The notes: generated from the letters alone by a model not told the origin. A DNA stretch of 63,477 nt, filler included, from Octopus bimaculoides (GCF_001194135.2; 5 parts of 5 records of this genome joined end to end with filler, not necessarily neighbours in it); one strand, 5' to 3'. Shown: positions 10,565-23,467, counted from the first letter of the whole stretch. Translations and numbers: made by a program.

Positions 10565-12708
10565 CCCTGGGCAGAAGAACTAATTATCGCAGGATGACAA
10601 TCAGTCGAGGTCTCTCAGTTTGCATCCAGATATATCCAAGAATTTCTCTGAAGCTTCTCTTGAGTTTAAAAGCTTTTGTAAGTAGTGACGTAACACAGAG
10701 TAGTAGTCCAAGCGACTGAGAACGAAAGTCTTCCATAGGAGTAGCATGGTCTCCCTTTTCTTGGTTCTGAATGTCCTCAGAATCCATCCAGCCACTTGCC
10801 TGCACAGTGTTGCCATCTTGGTAATATGCATATGGAATGTTACATCATTGTTCATGTGACCCCCCCCCCCAGGTCACGCACCGACTCTGATTCTGGGATA
10901 GTATTACCTTCTGGTTGAGTATATTCTGATTGTAGCCTGGTGTTGGACCGATAGTGGAGTGCCTGAAATTTCATAGCATTGAACTGCATATTATTTTTGC
11001 AGATTTCATTCAGGTCTTTCTGCAGTTTTATGATATCCTCTGATTTCCAAACGACCTGTGATACTTTTGTGTCGTCAGCATAACTGGTCAGATTGGCTGA
11101 CTGTACCGCAGAGAGCATGTCTGAGAGGGCCATCATAAATAGTAGTGGCCCCAGTATAGTTCCCTGTGGGTCTCCACTGAGAATTGGTGTCTCTTCAAAG
11201 TGAGCACCGTTGGCTACAACTGTCTGACTCCTGCACTTCAGAAAGTCATGCAGCCACTCTCCCAATTTTCCAGTAATACCAAGGTTTCACAGCTTGTGAC
11301 ATATCATGCCATGATCAACCTTGTCGAAGGCCTTGGCAAAGTCGCGGTATATCATATCTACAGCTGACTGGTTTAGCTGTTGTTTCAGTACCCAGTCAAA
11401 GTGTTGTAGCAGCTGTGTCAGACAGCTCCTCCCTGGACGGAAGCCATGTTGAATATTTGTGAGAATGTTGTTTTCAACCAGGAACGTGATCAGCCTTTTC
11501 TGACAATGCTTTCCATTGTCTTGCTAACATGTGAGGTCAGAGAGATGGGCCTGTAGTTTTTAGCATCTGCTCTGCTCCCTCCTTTATGGACAGGGCATAT
11601 TATACCCTCTTTTAGCATGTTGGAAAGTTTACCACATGCAAGGAAACCCTGAAGGAGTATCTGTAGTGGCTTTGCAAGAGCCTTTTTACATGTCTTTAAG
11701 ACAACAGACGGGAGTCCATCTGGGCCTGTTGCTAAGTTAGATATCATCTCATCAATGGCCGATATTACATCCTCTTCTGTTATGTTGATGTAATCGATGG
11801 CTGCCTCTTTTTCGAATAGATTCGTTACACTGAAAAACTCCCCAGGCTTGTTTATTTGCATATTTTCCAGTGGAGAAATGAAAACACTTCGGAATTGTTT
11901 ATTTAGTGCTTCGCTTATCTTCCCCGGGTCTGCAGTTAGTGAGCCGTTTTTACCAAATAGTGGTCCTATCTTATAGCGTACTGAGGCAGACTCCTTTGTC
12001 AACGTGTAGAAGGCTTTAGGATTTCTTATATTTTCCACTGCCCAGGTTTCTTTTCCTTCTCCCCCCACCTTTTTTTTTCATGGGAGAGTTTGAGTTTATT
12101 TTCAATCTCGAAGAGTCCCTCTGTTTGGTGGGATTCCACACTGTCATTGAGGTGTTTATTTAAATGCTTCGAGATCATTATTCTCCGCCACATGAGTATT
12201 CTCCTGTCTCGGGGAATGATGTTTTTGTAGATATTGGCTCTCTTCTCTGGGACATATTTAATGCATATGACTCGCATTATTGACATGAATTTATTGAGTT
12301 TCAGATCTTTGACTTGCATAGAGAAGCTATTAGGCCAGTCCTGCTGGAGTATCTGGTTTTCAAGTGACTTCCACTCAGCCTTATAGAAGTTCAGGCTGGT
12401 TAGGGTTTGAGCGCTATCTGTGCGGAGTTTATCATTAGTTAATTCCGGGCCATACATTGTCAGTTCTATTATTTTATGGTCTGAGAATATTGTCGGTGAT
12501 ATATTTGCGTTGTGGATAATTTCCACATTATTTGTAAAACAGAGGTCCAGGATATTTTTCTACCTGGCTGGAGAGAGTATGATCTGATCCAGGAATAGCA
12601 TTTTCGTAAGATCAAGCAGAGATTCTGCTTGATCTCGCTCTTTGTGCGCCATTCTTGGAGTTATGTTGCCCTCAGGCCATCTGATGTTGGGGAAGTTGAA
12701 GTCACCCA
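10565..12708 (-). mobile_element. CR1-group LINE relic (APE C-terminus, RT, C-terminal region), 5'-truncated and frameshifted
   Basis: GDFNFPNIRW..NILDLCFTN..SDH (APE); GPDG, NYRPISLTSH, QHGFRPGRSCLTQLL, DFAKAFDKVDH, PQGTILGPLLF, SYADDTK (RT); VLSRLDY. Confidence 0.95.
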
Positions 12709-12920
12709 CATGTGTGTGTATGTGTATATGCATGTATGTAAGCATATGTGTCTTTGTGCTTGTCACATATGTGCCAAAATTTGAAACTGATGCTGCTACA
12801 TATCGCTTCATCGTCATCATCGTCGTCATCGCAACAACCAGCAGCACTACAACCATCATCATCATCATCATTATCACAAAATTTGTCACATGTGTTTATG
12901 CATATATGTAAGCATGTGTG

Positions 12921-13030
12921 TCTTTGTGCTTGTCCTCTGTCATCACTTGACATCTGGTGCTGGTTTGTTTACGTCCCCGTAATTTAACAGCCAGGTAAAA
13001 GAGATCGTCAGATTTCTTAGTAACAAACTG
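12921..13030 (+). mobile_element. SINE type A 3'-module fragment
   Basis: cacttgacatctggtgctggtttgtttacgtccccgtaattta. Confidence 0.6.
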
Positions 13031-13918
13031 AAAAATAGGCAATTTCTTTCACTAAAAACTCTTTCAAGATGGTGTCCCAACATGACTGAAACATATGAAA
13101 CATAAATAAAAATAAATAAATAAAAACATAGAAGACAAAAAAAAAACGGATGAAGAAAACTTCGCCCTTCTTCAAAAAAGAAGAGCAATCACAAAAGTAC
13201 CCCGTAAACCCTGATTGAAATATAATCAGATAAAAGAGGAAAGAAAAACAACAACAACAACAATATTCTGCTGATTTGAACATCAGCTCAACACAAGGCT
13301 TTAGATGAATGAAACGGATTAAAAGCATTGCTGTGATTCTATTGGTTCTTAAATTCGAATTTATCAAAAATTACACCTTGAAACAACAAGCAACAGAAAT
13401 AGCATCAAAGACTAAAACAACACCAATACCACCACCACCACCACCACCACTATCACCGCCACTATCACCGGCATTATCACCACCACCCACAACAAAAGCA
13501 AGAAAACTTACAAGCATCAGTCTGACCAAATGCTGGTTTCAGTATTAACCTAAAAGAGAATTCACAGGGGAGCATTAGCGATTGGTTGTCAAGGGGAGAG
13601 GTTTTAGTTGTTGTTTTATAGATTTTTCGGGAAATATCATTCCTCCACTGACAAGAGAGTTACTTAATGAAGCGTTCTCTCATTTAAATTGACCCCTGAG
13701 GTCAACCAATCTCCTTTCTTTAGGATATTTCCCTCACGGGGCTATTTTAACTCCGAGCTAAGCTTTCATTAGCGCTTCCCAACGAATCTGTAATCCAACA
13801 GTAATTAAAGCTGTCACAAATTTTAAAACGCTGCTAGACATCTTTGGAATTTGATTTCCGGAAATCTCCTCCTCCTCCTCCTCCTCTTTCTAATACTCCT
13901 CTTCCTTCTACCTCTTCG

Positions 13919-13965
<47 letters not shown>

Positions 13966-14105
13966 CACCACCACTACCCCCCTCACTACCACCCCCACTT
14001 CTACTACTATTACTGCTGCTGCTTCTGCTGCTGCTTCTGCTTTATGCTTCCTGACTATCTTTACTGCTTTATAAACCTTATTTAATGGAACGTCGTTGCT
14101 GCTGT

Positions 14106-14140
<35 letters not shown>

Positions 14141-14195
14141 GTTGTAGTGCTGGTGGTAGTTTCGATGACGACGATGATGATGAAAGGGAATGAAG

Positions 14196-14419
14196 TAACA
14201 TCAGTTTCAAATTTTGGCACAAGGCCAGCAATTTTGGAGGTGGGTGGGGGATGGGGGATAAGTCGATTACATCGAACCCCAGTACTTATTTTATCGACCC
14301 TGAAAAGGATGGAAGGCAAAGTCAACCTCGGCAGAATTTAAGCTTAGAATGAAATGACGGACGAAATGCCACTGAGCGCTTCACCCGGCGTGCTAACGAT
14401 TCTGCCAGCTCGGCGCTTT
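14196..14419 (-). mobile_element. SINE type C
   Basis: Reverse complement of the type C consensus, full length. Confidence 0.87.
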
Positions 14420-14765
14420 GATGGATGAAGTAATGTCATCACGATTGTTATAATGGTGTTGTTGTTTACTGCTAATCTACCCTGATGAAGCTAACCTGTC
14501 ATCATAGGTGTTCTATGCATGCTCATTCTGTGCTTTTGGACATCATGGACTATCTAGTCCAACATGTCTCTTGTTTGGTTAAGAAAACCGATAGGGTCTG
14601 TTTAAGAGAATTTAATTATTCTTCCTAGCAAGATGTCCGGTCACATAAGCACTTCCCTCTCGTAATCGTTATGATGGGGTTATTGTTACTATTGAACCTT
14701 TTCGTAATACCGAGACCCTAAATATATTTAAAATATTTAATAATTATTTAGTTATGCCGTTGACT

Positions 14766-15145
14766 GTGGAGGCGCAATGGCCCAGTGGTTAGGGCAGCGG
14801 ACTCGCGGTCATAGGATCGCGGTTTCGATTCCAAAACCGAGCGTTGTGAGTGTTTATTGAGCGAAAACACCTAAAGATCCACGAGGCTCCGGCAGGGGAT
14901 GGTGGCGAACCCTGCCGTACTCTTTCACCACAACTTTCTCTTACTTCCTGTTTCTGTTGTACCTGTAATTCAAAGGGTCAGCCTTGTCGCATTGTGTCAC
15001 GCTGAATATCCCCGAGAACTTCGTTAAGGGTACACGTGTCTGTGGAGTGCTCAGTCACTTGCACGTTAATTTCACGAGCAGGCTGTGCTGTTGATCGGAT
15101 CAACTGGAACCGTCGACGTCGTAAGCGACGGAGTGCCAACAACAA
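14766..15145 (+). mobile_element. SINE type B, full length
   Basis: A and B boxes, (CAA)n tail, TSD tatgccg(t)tgact at 14753-14765 and 15146-15157. Confidence 0.92.
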
Positions 15146-15384
15146 TATGCCGTGACTAATGCACGATATGTAATTTAGTCTATCCTTTTAAGTTACTTCG
15201 TAGATTGTGCTTAATTCAAATAATGGTTTTTATTCAGTTCGCTTTCTAAACATAGGAATGAATGAGGGGTAACTACTCTCGGAAAAGTAGCCCATCAGCC
15301 GTAAAACATTTCAGGATAATCTCCTTTGTTTTCCTGTCTGTGATGACGTATTTATATTTGTTCATATTCTGCAAAGTAGGCATT

Positions 15385-15682
15385 TTAACCTATTACCTCC
15401 CATAATTCTATTAACTGGAATCTTTTTATGAAACTTTGATTTCTAGCATAAAACAGCCTTAGAAACACGCTGGAATGATCAAAATAACATTTCAAAATAA
15501 TATTTTAAATAGAAATAAGCGAGATATTGGGTGAAAAATTAGCAAACCTCATTTGAATACCAGAGAAATATACCTAGTAGATATTGCAAAAAGGTTAGAT
15601 ATGTGTAAATATTGACAGATAATTACGAAATTTGTAATTTTTAAGTGATCTCATATCAGATCACTGGTAGGTAATGGGTTAA
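15385..15682. mobile_element. piggyBac-like MITE (TTAA TSD, about 14-bp imperfect TIRs)
   Basis: Left TTAA-CCTATTACCTCCCA; right end reverse complement TTAA-CCCATTACCTACCA; non-coding interior. Confidence 0.7.
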
Positions 15683-15758
15683 GTTTCTAGGCTATCTACA
15701 TTAAATTTACCTTACATTCTGAAACACCTTTGATTATTACACACACACACACACAAGT

Positions 15759-15818
<60 letters not shown>

Positions 15819-16331
15819 TACACTCTCATACACACGCGCACACATATATACGCGGTCAGACGTAAACTGTCATTCGAATTTGTACTTGGCAAACATCGGA
15901 TGTTCGAATATCTCTGCAACTTCTGTTACAGCTTTTGTATCATTCTCTTTTTTCAGTCAATATTCTTCACTTATTCATCGTTGTTTTTTAATATTAAATG
16001 CACATTCTGTTAACATCCGCTTTGCAATATTTCATCGTATTGCTGTCTGCTTTAAATTTTATATTTTCAACTGTTGCATGCTTTACTGGCATTCTACGCA
16101 GAATTAATATTTCATTGCTTAGCATGTCTACACATGTGTGCCCCTACGACTTTCTTTCCTCATAACTTCCAGAAAAATGCATATTTTAAAATAAATTTTC
16201 TGCAAATACACTTGAGATATTATACATTTCAATTCTGCCTGTCCGCGAGTGGAGGTGTGGGGAGTTTTGGAAAATTCACATGAGTCGCTTTTGTTTCTGT
16301 ATAACTTTTAGGAAAAAAATGAATATTGTTT

Positions 16332-16720
16332 CTTTTTTTTTTACTTGTTTCAGTCATTTTACTACTGCCATGCTGGAGCAGCACCTTAAGGGGTTTTAGT
16401 CGAACAAATCGACCCCGGGACTTATTCTTTGTAAACCTAGTATTTATTCTATCAGTCTCTTATGCCGAACCACTAAGTTACGGGGACGTGAACACGTCAA
16501 CATCGGTTGACAAGCGATGGTAGTGGGGGACAAACAGACACAAAGACACACACACATAAACATATGCCATATGTGTGTGTGTGTGTGTGTGTGTGACGGG
16601 CTTCTTTCAATTTCCACTTACAACGACTGGTCGGCCCGAGGCTATAGTAGAAGACACTTGCCCAAGGTGCCAAGTAGTAGAACTGAACACGGATCCATGT
16701 GGGTTGGTGAAATTTTCAAC
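16332..16720 (-). mobile_element. SINE type A, full length
   Basis: Complete consensus motifs. Confidence 0.9.
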
Positions 16721-16909
16721 AACAAATAACTTTCAGATTATACAGAATACTGGAATCTAATATGGACAATAAAAAAAATTTGATGGGCTTGCGCACATGC
16801 ATACTGTCACACATCATATGCGCACTAAGTTTTAACGTTCTAGCTCACTTCCGCTGTTTAGAGTAGTGCTTGGAAGGAACGTGTGTAGCGTGTGATCGTC
16901 GCATTGACT

Positions 16910-17131
16910 ATGGCAGAGAAAGCTGAGCAGAGAATCTAGGTCAAATTTTGCTAAAAGCTTGGCGATACTTGCCCAGAGGCCCAAGTAAAGTTTTCAAAAC
17001 TTTCCATCGTTCACGACACAATCAAGGAGATCTTGTGCGACTGAAACCCGAGTGTCTTTTTGGTCAGCTGAAAGCAATTTCGCAGCAAACTTGGCAGACA
17101 CACGTCTCATACCCAAATCTTCAGTGATATT
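16910..17131. mobile_element. Rearranged mariner transposase relic (N-terminus on +, linker/catalytic start on -)
   Basis: + strand MAEKAEQRI*VKFC*KLGDT; - strand ITEDLGMRRVSAKFAAKLLSADQKDTRVSVAQDLLDCV. Confidence 0.8.
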
Positions 17132-17132
17132 C

Positions 17133-17214
17133 GTACCAGTGAAACACTGAGGTTGATTTAATCGACTAGCCCCCCTCCCACAAAATTCCAGGCCTTGCGA
17201 TTTTAATAGAAAAG

Positions 17215-17289
<75 letters not shown>

Positions 17290-17290
17290 T
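17133..17290 (+). mobile_element. SINE type C 3' fragment with (ATT)n tail
   Basis: gtaccagt..ttaatcgactagcccc..ggccttg then (att)n. Confidence 0.7.
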
Positions 17291-17660
17291 CTTTATATTG
17301 TTATAATTTCAGCCTTTTACTCTGAATGTGTACATTCTAGTCTTCCCGGTTTGTTGGTGTTTTTATCTATTTATTTATTTATTTATTTATTTATTAGTAT
17401 TTCGTCTATATACCGCTGTTCGTTTTAAGCCTTTGAGGCCAATAGAAAGAAATATTATTAGTGTTAAATTCTTATTGTCCAATCATTTCATTTGCTTTTG
17501 TACGAAAATATGTTAGTGTCTGCCGCTCGTTGCTGAAATAATAATCTATGAAATCAATATTGCTGGGACTAACTTTATATTTTCTCTTTAAATAATAATA
17601 ATATAATGGCAATAAATTTTATTGAAATAAATTAAATTGAACCGAATACATACACACGTG

Positions 17661-17734
<74 letters not shown>

Positions 17735-18358
17735 CATACATACATATTTCCTCACGTGGTATTGATGTTCACATGGTCAAAATTAACGTGAGTTATTTAG
17801 ACATTAACAAATTTATTAGAATATTTAGCTGAAGATCAGAATAGAGTATTCTTTACTCTTAACTGTGAAACGATCGTACTAAATTAACTAAAGGCAGGTG
17901 GTTTTTTAACTCTTCTCTACTGTTTTTTGTTCTGTGTGTATCAAAAATATCGCTATCAATCTGGAGTAATAATTTGTAGTTTTGAAATCAGTAGTTCTTT
18001 GACTGCTATTTCTGAATTCTCAGTATGTTGGAGAAGCAGGTTACTGTTAATCCCTATATATTTATGATTATAAATGTTTTTTACCGAAAAGGTTTTTTCA
18101 TACTGAGCTACCCGGCAAAATTGTTAATTATTAATTTTATTACTAATTGACGATTCCCTGCCCTGCATATCTATACATATATATATATATATATATCTCC
18201 ATCTTATCCGTCTATGTACTTATCGACAAATCTATTCATCTGCTTGTTTAAGTATGTACATATTTATCTATCGTTCTACTTGTCTTTCTATCTATCTGTA
18301 TATCTTTCAATAATCTGCGTACTTATTTCTCTACATCGATTTGTGTATTTATGAATTA

Positions 18359-18606
18359 TTGCTGTGTGGTAAGAAGCTTGCTTCCCAATCACATGATTCT
18401 GGGTTCAGTCTCACTGCGTGACATCTTGGGCAGGTGTCTTCTACCAAAGCCTGAGGCCGACCAAAGCCTTACGTGTCCACTCAACTGGCAAAAATTAGTA
18501 ACCCTGCGACGCATCGGCGTCCCGTCCAGGTGAAGAATAAATATATACACCATGGAATCCGGGAAACCAGCCCTTATGTGTCGGTATGATTCGAGGAGGT
18601 AACTTT
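18359..18606 (+). mobile_element. Chimeric SINE: type A head joined to type E tail
   Basis: A head through gccgaccaaagcctt, then switches to gtccactcaactggcaaaaattagtaaccctgcgac..cgtcccgtccagg..gaaaccagcccttatg. Confidence 0.75.
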
Positions 18607-18607
18607 G

Positions 18608-18838
18608 TGGAGGTGCATGGCTTAGTGGTTAGGCTGATGGAATCATGGTCATAAGATTCTGGTTTTGATTCCTGGATTGGGCGAGGTAAAACACTTCACT
18701 TTACGTTGCTCCAGTCCACACGGCTGGCAAAAATCAGTAATCCTGAGACGGATCGGCGTCCCGTCCTGGTGGGGAATCTACATGCCATGGAAACCAGCCC
18801 TTATGAGTCGGCATGACTCGAAATGGTTACCTTTTTAT
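18608..18838 (+). mobile_element. SINE type E (tRNA head, CORE-like segment, cgtcccgtcc module)
   Basis: ggaggtgcatggcttagtggtt..gattcctgg..gttgctccagtccacacggctggcaaaaat..gaaaccagcccttatgag. Confidence 0.8.
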
Positions 18839-19230
18839 ATCAGCCATGAAATGTGATTTCGATTTCAGGACCGGTCTAGATATGTAACTATATGCATGAT
18901 ACATACATAAAACATACAAATCTGCACATACATACATACATACATACATACATACATACATACATACATACATACATACCGTTGTGTGGAAGTAGAACAC
19001 CCCTACTGGTTGGCTCCTAATGGACTGTGCCACAGTATAAATGGATATACGCAGAGACCCTTCAGAGTAGAGTAAAGCCGAAAGGTGCGTATTGTCGACG
19101 ATTATTGCCAGCATCTTGAGTAGAACGGTTTGCAAAGACATTATTATTATCCCGTAATATCGTACGTCGAACGTGCGATACATACATACATACATACATA
19201 CATACATACATACATACATACATACAAAAA

Positions 19231-19336
19231 TACCCTGTTGTTGATGTTGAAATTCCAATGAAGGAACTTTGAAACTAGGTTAGAAACTGATTCTTTCTCT
19301 ATTGGCAAGAAATCTTAAAATAAACTGAATAATGAC

Positions 19337-19338
<2 letters not shown>
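19231..19338 (+). mobile_element. Extremely 5'-truncated 3'-UTR copy of the REL LINE at 1321-2427
   Basis: cctgttgttgatgttgaaattccaa..ctaggttagaaa..caagaaat..aaataaactga..tgacata aligns with the reverse complement of 1321-1418; preceded by (TACA)n. Confidence 0.75.
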
Positions 19339-19411
<73 letters not shown>

Positions 19412-19537
19412 AAGAGAGAGAGGCAAACAGACAGACAGACAGACAGAGATCGAGAGAGAGAGAGACATAAGACGTTAAAGCCTGCATTCAGGAGTGGTTA
19501 CCTCATCGGAAACGCAGGTCTATTTATTTAATAGTAG

Positions 19538-19745
19538 GATGAAGAGCTCACGGAATCGTTAGAACGCCGGGCAAGATGCTTAGCAGCATTCCGCGTTCTG
19601 AGTTCAAATTCTGCCGAGGTCGACTTTGCCTCTCATCCTTTCGGGGGTCGATGAAATAAGTCCCAGTTGAGCAGTGGGATCGATCTAATCGACTTACATC
19701 CTTCCTCGAAATTGCTGGCCTGGTACCAAAATTGGAAACCAATAT
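19538..19745 (+). mobile_element. SINE type C
   Basis: Consensus motifs. Confidence 0.85.
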
Positions 19746-20197
19746 TTATTTAATAGCTGAGAAGCCGGCATTTGAACGCCTGATTACGTTAAAGTTTATT
19801 AAACAGAAATATGAAGCCACATAAAAATCTATCCATTATTGATACGCTTTGCCATTGGGGGAGATTACAGCGTTTGAGCATTCGTTTCAATCATGGCAGC
19901 CATATTGCCATAAAAAAAAAGAAAATACAATGTAATTAGTACTTGTTATATGAGAAGAACGTCATAAACATGTTAATCTTCATTCATAACGTTAATAATA
20001 TAAAACTATAGACGTTTATGAATATTCATGAGTCAACGCTCATTTACATATGAGTTGATATGTTTCATTTGTTTATGTTTTTTGGTTGGCTTTGTTGTTT
20101 TTTTAATATTCGTAGAATTTATAAAGTTTTACTACTAATTACAGTTATCCACCCACGAAAATATGTTGTATAGGAATTCAAAATTAATATTCATATG

Positions 20198-20236
<39 letters not shown>

Positions 20237-20299
20237 CAGTATGCATGTGTTTGTGATACATGTACGAGCATGTGTTAGAGTAAACATGTGTGTGTATAG

Positions 20300-20330
<31 letters not shown>

Positions 20331-20425
20331 TGTGAGTGTAAAACATATGCTTTTGTTACTGGAACAAAGAATATAGCACTCAATACAAATAATATAGTTA
20401 CGCGCGCGCATACACACACACACAC

Positions 20426-20505
<80 letters not shown>

Positions 20506-21095
20506 NNNNNNNNNNNNNNNNNNNNNNNNNNNNNNNNNNNNNNNNNNNNNNNNNNNNNNNNNNNNNNNNNNNNNNNNNNNNNNNNNNNNNNNNNNNNNNN
20601 NNNNNNNNNNNNNNNNNNNNNNNNNNNNNNNNNNNNNNNNNNNNNNNATATATATAGTTACATATATATATAAACATAGATGTGTGTGTGTGCACATGTA
20701 CGCATGCTTATACATATACTCAAATATAGGCACATATGTGTGTGTGTATATATGCATGCATGTATGCATGCATGTATGCATGCATGTATACATGTAAGTA
20801 TGTATGTGTGTATGTAAGCATCGGTTGCAACGATGAGTATTCAATCGTTCGATTAATTGAACTGTTTGTTCAATGAACAAACGCGTAGGTGGCTTTATTA
20901 CATGTAGAGGTAGTCTGGTTGAATGGCAATCACGAGGACTAAAGACTGATGCCACTGCGAGGCATTATACACAAATGACATTTAGCACAATAATGTATAC
21001 CTTAATATACAGAGACAGCTAGAGCGAAGGGTCTGTTGAAAAAAAAGAAACTAAAGGTAAGCTTCACACTGAAATAGAGTATCTACCACATAAGC

Positions 21096-21497
21096 TCAGG
21101 TGTGGCTGTGTGGTTCTTTGTTAAATCCCATTGTGTTCCACCTTAGGCAAGTGTTTTCTAATATAACCACGGGCTGACCAAAGCTTTGCGATTGGATTTG
21201 GTAGAACGTCGCATGATGTGTGCGTGTGCGCGTGTGTGTGTCTGTGTGTCTGTCTGTCCATCTATCTGTGACTTTGTCCACTAATGTCCATCTATCTGTG
21301 ACTTTGTCCACTGCTTGACAATTGGTGTTGGTTTGTTTACGCCCCCATAATTTAGCAGGTTTTTCACAAGTGAGGGACAGAATAGATACGAGGCTTAAAA
21401 ATAAGTACTGGGGTCGATTTATTCGACTAAACCCTTCAAGGCGGTGCTCCAGCATGGTCGCAGTCCAATGACTGAGACGAGTAAAAAACAAAGGATA
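21096..21497 (+). mobile_element. SINE type A (degenerate, internal tandem duplication of about 28 bp)
   Basis: Head, ccttaggcaagtgtt, ggggtcgattt, gctccagcatgg motifs. Confidence 0.8.
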
Positions 21498-21504
21498 AAC
21501 AATA

Positions 21505-22133
21505 GGCGCTTGAGTGGCTACATGGTAAGAAGCTTGCTTCCCAACTACATGGTTCTGGGTTCAGTCCCACAGCCTGGTAACTCGGGTAAATGTCTTCTAC
21601 TATAGCCTCAGGCCGACCAAAGCCTTGTGAGTGGATTTGGTAGACGGAAACTGAAAGTTCGTCGTGTACTCTTCGAAACGCTTAGTTTTAGAATAGGGGC
21701 AGCCGATGAAAGAAATATTCTCTATGTGGCCTGTTTGTTTTCTGTGCTCTGTTTATGTTCTATCTTTCATTTTGTCCACGTTATTTTTGTGACGTCCTGT
21801 ACCCAGATATGCATCTATATATACATGTAGATGTAGGTATGTACATGCATGTACGTATATATGCATATANNNNNNNNNNNNNNNNNNNNNNNNNNNNNNN
21901 NTATATATATAAATGTATGCATGTATTTGTGTGTCCGTGTTTGTACCCCCATCATCACTTGATAACCGATGTTGGTGTGTTTACGTCCCCGTAACATTAG
22001 TGGTTCGGCAAAAGACCCCGATAGAATAAGTACTAGGCTTACAAAGAATACCTCCTGGGATCGATTAATTAGACTAAAAGCGCTGCTCCAGTATGCCCGC
22101 ACTCAAATGACTGAAACAAGTAAGAGTAAAAGA
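21505..22133 (+). mobile_element. SINE type A with expanded central region and N gap
   Basis: Head 21505-21660, 3' module 21930-22133. Confidence 0.75.
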
Positions 22134-23289
22134 GACACCAGACAATAGTGGCCACTCTTGGGACGAAGTGCGATACAATGTGTTTGTACCAGATAAACTC
22201 AGAGCAGCGTGTGGTGACTTATCAGAGGATTATGAAAGATATGTGACGAAGTTTACTTTTATATTTATGCATCCGTATCACACGAACCAACGATATATGG
22301 AAACGAATGTCAGAGTCTTGGATGTCTATTTTATTTAATATTATTTTATTCAATGAAAGTAAATTATTACTTTCAACAATTACTTTCTTTGTGTGGATTG
22401 CCTACATTCCCGAGTGACGGTTAATTCTAGCTATATCTATACGTTTATACATTGTATATATACGTATATATATATATATATATTTTTATAAGAAGAGGTT
22501 TTCCGAAAAGATAAAAGGAAAATAAGGAATGAGGGATTTGAATTTTGGAACGTTTTTTCTTTTCTTTTTTTTTTTTCTCTTTTAAAATGAACAAGACAAT
22601 TTTCGACTGTAATCTATAGGATTACTATGCAAGACTGTTTTGACTTCGTTTCACATTTGTGTTACTTTGCATTGAGCGAATCTTGGCATCATTACATGTA
22701 ACTTAAGTCTAAATCTGTTATTTACCCCTCAAAGAGCACTCCCACCGAATCGCAAATACACAGAGGAATATTCTTTCCATAACTGCAAAAAAAGTATTTA
22801 CTTACAGAATTAACACAATAGCTCATTTCAACATGTTGGCCTTCAATTCTATTTTCAAGGTTGATGGCAACAAATTTGAGGGCAATAGTAAATACATTTT
22901 ACAATGAATTCTGTTTATAAACGTGTTCTTGATATTTCCGCATGTTTCCGTATAACTTCGGTCCATTGTTGTGGTGTTTAAGATCAGTCCCACGCGACGT
23001 GTGAGTCATTGAATTCAGTAAGGTCACCATTAAGTGACTGCAGCTTTTTTGTGGGGTTAATCGAGACAAACTCAATGCCCCTAGGGACGGATTATTATTG
23101 TTATTATTATTGCAAATAATTATTTTATTCATTCTATTTTTACTCAATATTTTATAAAATCTCTATTTCATTTAATATTATATTATACAATAAAAATAAA
23201 TTATTATTCTCAACAATTATTTTCTTTATTATGCGGCTTGCCTATATTCCCGAGTGACGATTAATTTTAGCTGTATCTATACGTTTATA

Positions 23290-23326
<37 letters not shown>

Positions 23327-23426
23327 NNNNNNNNNNNNNNNNNNNNNNNNNNNNNNNNNNNNNNNNNNNNTTAATTAATTAANNNNNNNNNNNNNNNNNN
23401 NNNNNNNNNNNNNNNNNNNNNNNNNN
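23327..23426. other. Assembly join: 44 N + TTAATTAATTAA + 44 N
   Basis: Identical 100-bp structure recurs four times. Confidence 0.95.

Positions 23427-23467
<41 letters not shown>

Noticed and set aside
14766-14840. tRNA-like sequences at SINE 5' ends (also about 10190, 18608, 48286)
   Set aside because: A and B boxes only, no complete cloverleaf, and they continue into SINE bodies; not tRNA genes.
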